Shown here: piece by piece, positions 1-10,789 of the stretch
How the letters are laid out: each line of letters begins with the position of its first letter
Position numbering within the stretch: position 1 is the stretch's first letter
Source of the DNA: Thraustochytrium aureum
Lineage: Eukaryota
Direction: 5' to 3'
DNA length: 57,750 nucleotides
Assembly (NCBI GenBank): GCA_012862495.1
Contig: BLSG01000397.1
Location: 1 to 57,750, forward strand
Translations under genes and position numbers: made by a program
Notes under the pieces: model-generated
The model's database searches: none
Told to the model about the DNA's origin: nothing
The model's input: only the letters and a program-made list of their open reading frames with translations

Positions 1-246
1 TTTTTAGACACGGAAGCAATGAATGTTGTTTGATGTATACCTGTTGCGGACAGGATTGACGCGATTGCTCGATTGCAACCAACGACTGTCTGCACCGTCT
101 CGAAACCTACTTGCTCCGTCTGCGGTGTTGCTAGCCCGGCGCGTTCTGTCGACGCGGATGTTTTTGAAGTCCGGCTCGGGTGCCACCTCTGCCGCGTTTT
201 CGCTTCTTTGAACAGCGCTCAGCTGCCTGCGCCGCCTTCGCCATGC

Positions 247-286
247 TGCGCTTGGTGTTGCGCTTGGTGTTGCGCTTGGTGTTGCG
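247..286. repeat. 12-bp tandem repeat (TGCGCTTGGTGT) x3.3
   Basis: Directly visible tandem copies starting at 247, 259, 271 and a partial copy at 283. Confidence 0.9.
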
Positions 287-561
287 ATTGTTCTAGCCTG
301 ACGTTCGGGGACTGCTGTGATCTCCTGGGTCCTCGTCGCTGTTGAGGCTCTGCTTGACTGCAGAGCAGGGAAAAAAATCATGCGCGTCTACAAAAGCGCT
401 CTTCGCGTCTGTCTTGCGTCTACAACGCTGATCGACACGGCCATGATGGTTGTTGTTGCTTTTGTTGAGCTAGCTTGGCTTGAGTTGTAGAGCGAGCGGG
501 CGGTGCTCCCGGCAGATTGAGCCAACGTCCACGTGCCGTTGAGCGAGGAGCGCGTCTGCGG

Positions 562-1080
562 CTAGATCATCGGTTCTTTGCGCTCGGGGTGGTCGATGTG
601 CGACATGAACATGGCCTTGAGCTGGCGGCCTGCCAGGAGCGCCTCGTGGTTCCTCTTGGCGTGCTCCATCTGCTCCAGGTAGTGCTGGCGCTCCAGCTCG
701 GTCCGCTGCTCCTCGCGGACGACGTCCTCCGCTTGGCGCGCCCGAGACGCATCCGAGTGGTTGGAGGCTGCGCTCTGCTTTCGCCGCTCGTTAATGAGCT
801 CGTTGCGACGCCGCGCAGCCGACGCGACCTTGGTTTCCAGGTCGCGAAGGTGGTCCTGGTGCAGCGCGATCCTCTCTGCACGCAACTCGGCGCTCCTGGC
901 GGCAACCGCCTCGCTGTGGTTGGCCCTGGCGCTGATCTTGCTATGCAGCTCTGCCTCCTTCGCGGCGCTCGCGTGGTTGAGCTCCGCCTTCAGCTCGGCC
1001 AGGTGCTTCTCCCCATCGGCCCGCTGTGAAGCGAGGATCGCCTCGCGCCTCTGCGCGACAGCCTCGCTGTGGTCCGCCAT
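562..1080 (-). CDS. Small alpha-helical/coiled-coil protein (172 aa) with ~51-aa internal repeats, stathmin-like
   Basis: ATG at 1080, TAG at 562-564. E/R/A/K-rich. HSEAVA at aa 4 and 55, HL at aa 26 and 77, NHSDAS at aa 107. GC3-rich codons. Confidence 0.7.
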   Translation of the reverse strand: MADHSEAVAQRREAILASQRADGEKHLAELKAELNHASAAKEAELHSKISARANHSEAVAARSAELRAERIALHQDHLRDLETKVASAARRRNELINERRKQSAASNHSDASRARQAEDVVREEQRTELERQHYLEQMEHAKRNHEALLAGRQLKAMFMSHIDHPERKEPMI

Positions 1081-2390
1081 GTCAAGCTCCGCCGAAGCAA
1101 GCTCGCACTCTCGAGGTCCACGAGCCTCTCGAGCGGCACGAAAGCGGCGTACGGTCGAGGTCAGCCAGCCACCGCGGGCAGACCACAAGCGCGACCGCAC
1201 AAGCCTGCCCTGCGCCAAGCAATCGGCAATGCAGGCAGGTGGACCTCAGCAACCTGGCCAGGTCCTGCCCGATCCAACAGCAAGCGCTCGCGTCGTCCAA
1301 GGCGCTCGATGCGTGAAGGGATCTGGCACAGCATCTCGCGTTGCACCTGCAACAAAAAACCAGCAGCAACCGTTTCTGCCGCAACAGACGACAAAACCCT
1401 CGAGGCCCGACGTTTGGGGTTGCCTGGCAGGCGCCTCGCCCCGCATTGCTGGTGACGAATGAGGAAGGAGCCTGCGGCGAGCGGGCTGGCCGGCTCGAGG
1501 GGGTGCGAGCGAGCGCTGGTCTTGAGGAGGATGGACCCGACATGTTCGAAGCCTGGAAGGCGAGCTCGAGACATAAAAATCGGCCTCTTTTTAAACACGA
1601 CGGTCATACTCGTGTAACTCTATTGATAGTATTGAACGGAAGCCTTTTAAATGTGGGCTAAAATGCATAGAAAGTAACGGCGTATGGAGCGACGTCCGTG
1701 CGGCGATTCTCTTCGAGCACCTCAACGACGCGACCTGGATGGACCGGACAGCTCGCAGCTTGCTGCAAAACAACGACATTCTCGCCAACGCCTGCTCGCG
1801 TTTCACGGCCTGCTGCAAGCGAGCGCCTGCGGGCCGCCCTGCCTCGGCCATCTTCCTTCTTGCTTGATTTCTTGATTTCTCAACAAAATCAAGAAAGGTG
1901 TCGTTTGGAAGCCAGCGAGTTCGTCCTGATCGTTTTGTTCGCCGCTCGAGAATCGCTTTCGCGTCCAGGCCACTCNNNNNNNNNNNNNNNNNNNNNNNNN
2001 NNNNNNNNNNNNNNNNNNNNNNNNNNNNNNNNNNNNNNNNNNNNNNNNNNNNNNNNNNNNNNNNNNNNNNNNNNNNNNNNNNNNNNNNNNNNNNNNNNNN
2101 NNNNNNNNNNNNNNNNNNNNNNNNNNNNNNNNNNNNNNNNNNNNNNNNNNNNNNNNNNNNNNNNNNNNNNNNNNNNNNNNNNNNNNNNNNNNNNNNNNNN
2201 NNNNNNNNNNNGCGCTCGCTCGGGCGCAAGGACACGTAGACCTCGGCTCGGGTCTGTTGGGGACGGCCGCGTTGCGCTCTCCACACAGAGCTTGTGGCCG
2301 TCCTGGAGCGCGGCTGGGCGCCGGTCGGCCGGCGCTCCTGCTGCTCCGTTCGCTTGCGCCATCCCGATTCCCGTGGTTTGTTTTGGCGGG

Positions 2391-3824
2391 ATGGCGCGGC
2401 GAGTGCGGTGCGGCGCTGGCGGGTTCATGGTCATGGTTGTCGTGCTTGGATTGATAGCGCATCTCGCACGGCTTTGGCATGCGGGAGGCGGGCTTGCCGC
2501 AGAGGACGACGCAGTTGTGGTGGAGATTGTTCTGGGAAAGCGTTTGCCGCGCCAAGCGGCGCTTGATGAGGAACTGGACGAGTATGCGCTGCCCTCGCAC
2601 CCCGAAGAACTTGGCGAAGAGATCGAGCCAGCCGATGACGCGCCAGGTCCTAGCGAGCGCGATGAGGCGGATTGGCTCGTCGGCGAAGCAGGCGCTGGCG
2701 ACGATGCACGTTCAAATCAAACGTGGGCGCCGGCGACCTCACCGGCAAGCGCGCCGGAGGGCTCGTCGCTATCGAGTCCGCAGGCATCGAGCTTGCCAAG
2801 AGCCGACGCAAAGGCTATCAAGGAACCCATATTCATCAAACCAGACTTTTCGCTCGTCAACAAGCGATTCCGCAAGGAACCGATGATTCGCGTCGACTTT
2901 CCGTTTCATCACTTCACAGACCGATACGGCCTTGCCTCGCCGCTCTTCAACGAGACAGTCCTGATCGAAATGCTCCGCGAGGTCTCAAACGTGTGGATCA
3001 AAGGCAATATCTACGTGCGTTTCAGGCTAGACGATGTCCGGACCCCGTGGCGGATCCCTGACGACAAGGCCGATGCCTACAGGTGGTGGGTCATGGCCGA
3101 AAAGTCAAAATCGTCCCCTGCGTACGGGCGCGACTTTGACGAAATGCTCGTGAACGGGCCAGGGCGCCTAGGTCTTGAGCGCGCCAAGCGGATCGCAGGC
3201 TCGCTGACAAAGACGAGAAACGGCCACAACTTGCTGAACTGGATCCTGGGGATTGGCTCGCAGCGCCGAGACTTGACGCGCACCTTTTTCAACATCTACA
3301 CCGTCTTCTTTTACAAGTGGTACAATGGTGGCCGAACAGGTGGCCGAATTTTCGTGCGAAGCGGCTCTTGCGGCGATCCCTCGAAGACGCTTCCTGGCTC
3401 GTCCGAGCCAGTGCGCTGCAAGGGTTGGCAACGGCGCGCCGCCGACGGGGCTCGTCCCATGCACACGGCCGAGTTCGTCCGAATCGTTGCGCACGAGATC
3501 GGCCATGCGTTCAACCTCAACCACCCACCAGCCAATTGCTATTCTGCCAAGACGGCTGAGGAGATGCTGCTGATGCCTCAACAACTAGCGGTCACAGTCG
3601 ACGGCTATGGGCCATGCGGGGAGTCGAATGAAATTTCGAAATTTTCAAGGCTCGTGCGAAATTTCGAGTTCGACGCGGCTCGCGGTCTTGCTCGAATGTA
3701 TAGTCGTCGTCAGCGCCGCCTCTATGCGAGGTTCCCAGAGCTCGCCTCTATGCGCAGGTCCATTTCCGAGAGGGAAATGTTCGAGAAGATTGCTCTTTTG
3801 GGTGACGACGAAGTTCAAACATGA
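2391..3824 (+). CDS. Membrane-anchored/secreted metzincin zinc metallopeptidase
   Basis: ATG 2391. N-terminal hydrophobic segment FMVMVVVLGLIAHL, acidic low-complexity stem, zinc motif HEIGHAFNLNH (3492-3524) and downstream Met-turn candidate LLMP. Confidence 0.8.
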   Translation: MARRVRCGAGGFMVMVVVLGLIAHLARLWHAGGGLAAEDDAVVVEIVLGKRLPRQAALDEELDEYALPSHPEELGEEIEPADDAPGPSERDEADWLVGEAGAGDDARSNQTWAPATSPASAPEGSSLSSPQASSLPRADAKAIKEPIFIKPDFSLVNKRFRKEPMIRVDFPFHHFTDRYGLASPLFNETVLIEMLREVSNVWIKGNIYVRFRLDDVRTPWRIPDDKADAYRWWVMAEKSKSSPAYGRDFDEMLVNGPGRLGLERAKRIAGSLTKTRNGHNLLNWILGIGSQRRDLTRTFFNIYTVFFYKWYNGGRTGGRIFVRSGSCGDPSKTLPGSSEPVRCKGWQRRAADGARPMHTAEFVRIVAHEIGHAFNLNHPPANCYSAKTAEEMLLMPQQLAVTVDGYGPCGESNEISKFSRLVRNFEFDAARGLARMYSRRQRRLYARFPELASMRRSISEREMFEKIALLGDDEVQT

Positions 3825-5267
3825 GCAAGGGTGATCGGCACACCCATGGCTCGCACCAGAGCTCTTGCGGGATCAAAGAGATAGCCGCGCTTCGTAGATC
3901 GCTCCCGTGATCCACTGCGGGCCTCGTTGGGTTTGACCTGTAAGGCGGCCAATCGAGTCGGGGTTGACCTTTGAGGCGGCCAATCGAGGCCGAAATTGCA
4001 TCGAGGTTATGTCGTGCACCATCGTCCTCGAGGTGATTTTGGCGAATGTTGTAAAGTACACAGCAAGTGATTTGTGATCCTCCCTTGTCTACCAGCTCCA
4101 ACAGAGAGCGCGCCGTTGCGTTTTTGGGTGGGATGATGTATCGTCGCGTGTCTACAGACGTGGGCAGCCCGCGCCCCCCCCCTTCCTCTGCCTCGTATAC
4201 TATATTTGACCATGTTCTCCCATTCTCAGGCAGACGCCGAGTGTACAAGCCTGCGCCGCTGCCGTCGATTCAATAGCATCGTAACCATATCACGCACAAA
4301 ACCCAAGAAATTCGAATTGNNNNNNNNNNNNNNNNNNNNNNNNNNNNNNNNNNNNNNNNNNNNNNNNNNNNNNNNNNNNNNNNNNNNNNNNNNNNNNNNN
4401 NNNNNNNNNNNNNNNNNNNNNNNNNNNNNNNNNNNNNNNNNNNNNNNNNNNNNNNNNNNNNNNNNNNNNNAAATTCGATTGTCGGACGACGTCGGCTGAC
4501 CAAGCCCACAGAGGGTGCCTCACACTCCCCTGCATCATCCTAACCACGTTGAGCCCCTTGATGCCTGCCCGCGACACAAGGCCGGGAGGCCCCAAGCGGC
4601 CCGAAGCACTTGCGTGGCAGTCAAGAACGCTGCGAGCCCCAACGGCTAGGACCCGTTGAGGGGCGCGGAGTCGGAACACGAGGCCGCTACCGGCAATTGG
4701 ACTTTACGGTTGAACCACAAGACTTGATCCGATAAAGTGCACGGAGCTGCGCTCGAGAGGGTGCATGCGCCACTTGCCTGTCTTGCCTGTCGAGGGCGTG
4801 CTGCAGTGCGCATCTCGTGCAGACCCGCGAACGGAACAGACCTGCCACAACCCGTCCTTGCAGAATCGATTTGGCTTGTACTTGAAGAAGACGACGAGGA
4901 GGGGGAGGAGGAGGACAACGAAAACAGCGAGGCCTGACGACGAGGAGGAGGACGAGGACAACGAAAGCAGCGAGGCCTGGCTCGCTACGCGGCAACGACG
5001 CAACGTGCACGCGCACCGCAGCTCATAACAGCGCTAGCAAGCTCGACCTCGACTCCGAACAGCCTCCTCAGAAGCGGCCTCTGACAAAGGTTGTCAACAC
5101 CGCAGCAGGGCACGGCCCGACGCACATCGGGACGAAGGCTTTGCGCGCAGGCCTCCTGCCAACACGTGCTTGCTGGCGAGGCGAGAGTACCGTCGCGGCG
5201 CGGAAACAGCTGTCGCAGCCCCGACAAGATCGAGCAAGCGAACACCCTGGGCTTGTCGGAGGAGAAG

Positions 5268-6819
5268 ATGGCAAAGGTCAGCCCGGCAGAAACGCGTAAG
5301 GGCGTGGCGGGGACTGAAGGCGAAGACGATGAAGGGTACGACTCGAGCTCGTCGTGGCAATTGGACCTCGCCAACAAGAAGGAGACGATCTGGAGGATCA
5401 TCCAGGACGCGCAAAAGATGCGCAAGTCGGAGATCAGGCTTGCTTCGCAGACGTGGTTTTCCGAGGAGCGCGCGAAGAGCGCCGAGCGATTCTATGACAA
5501 GCTCACCTTGTAAGTGATGGCGATTGCAGCATTGCCTTGCTGCGCTTCGCTTTGCCGCACCCAGACGGACAAACGTCCGTCGTTTGGCAGGCGTGCGTTC
5601 GTTTGTGGAGAGCGCGCTCGCCCGCTAACGTCGACTTTTCCTTCCGTCGCTTCCCCAGCACGTTCGCGGTCGTGAGCACCGTGCTCATCGCAGTGCTCGT
5701 CGCCAACAAAGAAGGGCGGGCGATGCTGCCCTGGTTTCATATGGTTTCTTACCCGATTCTTATGGGCATTCGCTACGTGCAGTACTCTCGGCGCAAGTGG
5801 CAGTACTTTATGATAGACTATTGCTACTGGGCCAACCTCGCCTGCATCCTCTACATGGTTTTCTTCCCGCAAAGCGCGCTCGCCTTTGCCGTGCTCTACT
5901 CCATCGCGCTCGCCCCTCTTCCCTGGACTGTCATCGTCTACCGGAACAGCCTCGTGTTCCACTCGATCGACAGGTACACCTCTTTCTACATTCACATCTT
6001 GCCGTGCGCTGTCATGACCGCTATTCGCTGGAGCAAGGAGGACACGGCGCGCCTGTGGCCCTTTGGGGAGTTCAACTCGTGTGGCGAGAAGGAGGAGATC
6101 AAGCGTCTCTTTGGGGAAGACGCGCCGTCCGAACTCATTCTCGGCCTTGGGCTCCCTGTCGCAGTTCTCATAACATTCTTCGTGCAGCAGAGCCTCGAGC
6201 TGCTCCTTACTCATGTCATTGCAGCGCAGTCTTGCTGCATGGGGTTTTTCAAAGTTTATCACGATGTAAGTCAGAGGTGCAAGCGTTGCGGGAGGCGAGT
6301 AGCGTGAGTCGCTGACGCCGCCATCACGTGGCCGCGCGCCCGCCACGATCTGTACCACAGGAGTCTTACCTCACCCTGTTCAGGTACTCGGCCACGTCTG
6401 GGTCCGGGGCCGTTTACAAACTGATCAACATTTGTGGTCCCCGTCACCAGCTCAAGATGTGGATCTTCCTCAACAACCTGTTCACCTTCCTCGTGAGCCT
6501 CCCCGTCTACTTGTGGTACTCGTACCAGATCGCCAACATCGCTTTTGTTTCGTTCGTATTCTGCTGGGGGACTTGGAACGGCGCCAACTTTTATATCGAG
6601 GTCTTCTCGCGCCGGTACGGGGCGAAAAAGTCGACCTTTCGAGATGTGACCGTCCAAGTCCCAAGGCTCGAATACGAAGAGCTCAAGCGCGCCAAAGAGG
6701 AGCTTTCGGCGCTTGTAGCGGCTGCCGCTCCTTCGTTGGCTCCGCCTCTCGAGGACCGCGGGGCAAGGCGTCGGCCAAGCTGCGCCGACGACGCCAGTTG
6801 CCGCCGCAAGCGCAGGTGA
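5268..6819 (+). CDS. GPC1: Glycerophosphocholine acyltransferase (GPCAT, Gpc1/DUF2838 family), 3 exons
   Basis: Exons 5268-5509, 5659-6265, 6361-6819. Introns 5510-5658 and 6266-6360 (GTAAGT...CAG, branch GCTAAC/GCTGAC). Spliced motifs DKLTFTFAV, QYFMIDYCYWAN, RNSLVFHSIDRYTSFYIH, WNGANFYIEVFSRRY. Start codon uncertain. Confidence 0.88.
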
Positions 6820-7117
6820 CGACGACGCATGACACGGCCCACCGTGCGCGCCAGCGGCCAGTGCGTTCACAACCCCATTTGATAGCGCGCGTGCTGCGGG
6901 GTTGCAGCGCTCACGCCTCGCACGCTTGTCAACCCCGGGTGCGGGCCGGCGGTGTGCAAGTCGGTGTTCGCGGTGCAAGCCCTGGGTGGCGATCGCTCCT
7001 CGATTGCGTGACGTCCTACACGGCGGCGGCACGTGGTGCACGGTCTTGCCGTGCCAAAACCACAGTAAAACTAAAACCTGTTGGATGTGCTTTTTATGGA
7101 TCCAGAGTACACGGAGA

Positions 7118-7752
7118 TCACAGCGTGGGCCACCTCTTGGTCTTCGACCGAGGCGCCGGGGAACTCGGTGGCCGCTTGGACCCACGGTGCGCGCTCATTT
7201 GCGCCCTTGAACGGCCAGACTCGATCGAATCGATCGAATCAGGCAAGTCAAGCAACTCCTGCAGGCGGTTGCGCCGGTACATGAGGGTGGCCAGGAAAGC
7301 GCTCCTGACGTATCTAACCACGCTCGAGTGCACAAAGAGAACTCCGAGCGCGACGCAGAACAAAAGCGCACCGCGTGTCTCGCTCGCGCCAAGCTTGTTG
7401 AACATGAAGAAGATGCCGGTTCCGCCCACCAGGAGCAGGCCAAGCGCCAAGTTCATCGTGATGGCAGCGAGCGAAATGTGCTCGAGGCTCTGCAGCAGCA
7501 GCGAGGTCTGTTTGCGTCGCTTGCGCATGATGAACGAGCTGGACCTAGCGAGCATCCGACTCGCGACACTCGCGCTGCTGGGAATCGTCTCGCTCGAGTC
7601 TGTGTGGCCGAGATCCGCCGACTCGGGCGGCTGCCCTTGGCGCGCAGGCCCTGGGGCGCTCATGGAGAGGGGCATTGGCTTTGGCGTCTCGTCGGAAGGC
7701 GCCCGATCGAGGCGAAGAGATGGTGGAAGCGCCGCAAACTGCGCACTCCAGC
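7118..7752 (-). CDS. C-terminal part of a multi-pass membrane protein (possibly GPCR-like); 5' part lost in gap
   Basis: Frame is open from the gap edge. Two hydrophobic helices (AITMNLALGLLLVGGTGIFFMF; GALLFCVALGVLFVHSSVV) followed by a basic/Ser-rich tail. Confidence 0.55.
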
Positions 7753-8702
7753 NNNNNNNNNNNNNNNNNNNNNNNNNNNNNNNNNNNNNNNNNNNNNNNN
7801 NNNNNNNNNNNNNNNNNNNNNNNNNNNNNNNNNNNNNNNNNNNNNNNNNNNNNNNNNNNNNNNNNNNNNNNNNNNNNNNNNNNNNNNNNNNNNNNNNNNN
7901 NNNNNNNNNNNNNNNNNNNNNNNNNNNNNNNNNNNNNNNNNNNNNNNNNNNNNNNNNNNNNNNNNNNNNNNNNNNNNNNNNNNNNNNNNNNNNNNNNNNN
8001 NNNNNNNNNNNNNNNNNNNNNNNNNNNNNNNNNNNNNNNNNNNNNNNNNNNNNNNNNNNNNNNNNNNNNNNNNNNNNNNNNNNNNNNNNNNNNNNNNNNN
8101 NNNNNNNNNNNNNNNNNNNNNNNNNNNNNNNNNNNNNNNNNNNNNNNNNNNNNNNNNNNNNNNNNNNNNNNNNNNNNNNNNNNNNNNNNNNNNNNNNNNN
8201 NNNNNNNNNNNNNNNNNNNNNNNNNNNNNNNNNNNNNNNNNNNNNNNNNNNNNNNNNNNNNNNNNNNNNNNNNNNNNNNNNNNNNNNNNNNNNNNNNNNN
8301 NNNNNNNNNNNNNNNNNNNNNNNNNNNNNNNNNNNNNNNNNNNNNNNNNNNNNNNNNNNNNNNNNNNNNNNNNNNNNNNNNNNNNNNNNNNNNNNNNNNN
8401 NNNNNNNNNNNNNNNNNNNNNNNNNNNNNNNNNNNNNNNNNNNNNNNNNNNNNNNNNNNNNNNNNNNNNNNNNNNNNNNNNNNNNNNNNNNNNNNNNNNN
8501 NNNNNNNNNNNNNNNNNNNNNNNNNNNNNNNNNNNNNNNNNNNNNNNNNNNNNNNNNNNNNNNNNNNNNNNNNNNNNNNNNNNNNNNNNNNNNNNNNNNN
8601 NNNNNNNNNNNNNNNNNNNNNNNNNNNNNNNNNNNNNNNNNNNNNNNNNNNNNNNNNNNNNNNNNNNNNNNNNNNNNNNNNNNNNNNNNNNNNNNTACTG
8701 TG

Positions 8703-8778
8703 TGGTGCTGCTGCTGCTGGTGCCGGTGCCGGTGCTGCTGCCGGTGCCGGTGCTGCTGCTGCCAGTGCTGCTGCTGCA
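8703..8778. repeat. Compound (GCT)n/(GGTGCC)n microsatellite at gap edge
   Basis: Directly visible; likely contributes to the assembly break. Confidence 0.8.
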
Positions 8779-9350
8779 GGAGGCCCGAGCAGGCTCGCGT
8801 CCTGTAGAGCTGCTGCCGCTGGTGGTGTGCGCCGTAGATTGGCCGAGCTGGGATGTAGAGCGCCCGAGAGGGCGCGCGAGGATGGAGTGACAGACTCCCT
8901 GAGGCCGCGCGAGCACGCCTGTGAGGGCCGCCGTGGCACGCCTGCAGAGTGCCTCGTGGTTTGCGCCGGTGGTTTGCTCAAGTTGTTCGATCAAGAGCGG
9001 CTCTGCCACCGAAGTGCAGTAATTGTGCCGATGAGCCTGAGAAGACTCGGGCACGCGGCGGCGGTGGTGGAGTATGCGCCGCCCTGCTCTGCCTGCGCCT
9101 GCTCGGCGCTTCGCGGAGAGGGACCGGCAGGGCGAGGCCCTCTCTCTCTCACTGCAACACATTGCCGCTCCGAGTCGGGGCGAGTGCGTTCGTTCACAAG
9201 GACGCGGCAGGCTCGGGCGGAGGGCACTGGCAGTGGCGTAAGTCCTCCTCAGGCTGTTCTTCGCGCTGCGAGTGGTCGTTCAGTTTTCTTCGATTTTTAT
9301 CGTTTTTGTTTTGCTCCGTCGCGGAGGCGTCCGAGCAGAATCCCAGTGGC

Positions 9351-10789
9351 CTATGCGAGGGGCGTCGCCGTGATGGTCTCGGGCGCAGTTTCGTCGCTTG
9401 GCGCGAGGCGCGACGCCACGATGGACTCGAGGTCCGGGCGCTGCGCGACGGGGTCGACGGCGGCGCTTGAGCGGCTGTCGAGCGCCGCGGCGTTCGGCTT
9501 GAGGCTGCCGGCCGCGGGCAAGTCCATGTACGTGGTCGGGATGGCCTTGGAGGACGGGAAGGTGCGCTTGTAGAGCATGCGGACCACGCGCTCCTGCGAG
9601 AGCAGCAGCTCCAGCACCTTGTCGCGGTCGCTGTCCTCGAACTCGCGGGCCTCAAAGGGCGCCCCGACGTCCCCAGAGTCCTGCCGCGGGAGATGTGCGA
9701 CGCTCCGCGTGCTAGAGGTACTGCTGGACGCGCGGCGGTTGCCCTTGCGCTCCTCTGCGATGCGCTGGCGGACGTCCTCGACGCACTGGCGCAGCAAGGT
9801 CTCAAGCTCGGTGCGCGACTTGACGTCTGCCGAGTACGCCTGGCGCGCCTTTTTCAGGTTGTTGCGCTCCGTGTCGAGGAGCTTCTTGAGCCGCTTGATG
9901 TCTCCTTGTACCTGGCTTCGCTTTCGCTCACGAAGCCGCCCCCGTGCGAGGGGCTCGAGACCCTGTTAATCCCGCTGTGCATGGCGGAAGCGCCGTCTAC
10001 GGACGGTAGCGTCCCTACCGAGCGGCTCCCTGCGGCGGGCGTCCCGCCAACCCCGCTGACGCTCTGCACCGTCGTCGATCGCGTCATGGACGCCTTCTTG
10101 AAGGTCACGAGCTGCTCGATCTCCTCCTGCTGCCGCGCCAGCTCGTCGTCTTTGGCCTCGAGCTCTTGGCGCAGCTGCACATTGTCCTTCTTTACAGTGA
10201 CGAGCTGGCGGATGAGGAACTCACGATCCGTCTCCTGGGTCTTGTACTGGGCCTTGAGCTTTTGGTTTTCCGCCTGCAGCGACTGGTTGACTCGCTCAAG
10301 GCGGTCCGCCATCTCTTTGGCCCAATCGAGCCCGCGCTCCAACTGCCTGTTCTTTTCGATCCACGCCGATGCGCCAACGTCTGCTTTCGACTTCTCCACC
10401 TCCAACTCGTTCTGGATGTCGAATAGCCGGGCGCGGAACGCGCGCAAGAGGTCCTTCTCTTGGTCCTTGAGCACGCGAGCGGTGCTGTCTTTGACCTGGG
10501 ACACGTTTTTCATTAGCTGAGAATGCATCTCGCGGATGTTCCGAACGCGCTCGTCGCTGTCCATCCACGAGCTGCGGCCCGCCTTCAGGCGGCTGACCTC
10601 GTCTTGGAGGTTTTGGATTTGTTCCTCGAAAGCACGCTCGCGACGGATATAGCTTTCCTGCCTTCGCCGCAGGTCGGCCTCGAGCTGCTCCACAGTCGAG
10701 GCCCCGCCCGAGCTGGACGGCATAGCTGCTGCTTCGAGCTCATTCCGCAGTGCGGCGATCCGCGCCTGGATCTGCTCCTCCTTGCTCAT
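9351..10789 (-). CDS. Coiled-coil protein, probably ciliary/basal-body, with a 1-bp frameshift near 9900
   Basis: ATG 10789 (MSKEEQIQ). Heptad-rich, EKDLLRAFRARLFDIQNELE. ARYKE joins IKRLKKLLDTERNNLKK if one base is added. C-terminal LLLSQERVVRMLYKRTFP; stop 9351. Ciliary role is inference. Confidence 0.75.

Noticed and set aside
3748..4248. Minus-strand ORF with TCCVLYNI resembling the PIF/Harbinger transposase ACCxLHN motif
   Set aside because: No upstream VE-AFG-LK-R or DDE motifs and no terminal inverted repeats visible
4737..4830. Cys/His pattern suggesting a decayed RING finger
   Set aside because: Ligands are scattered over different frames; cannot be supported
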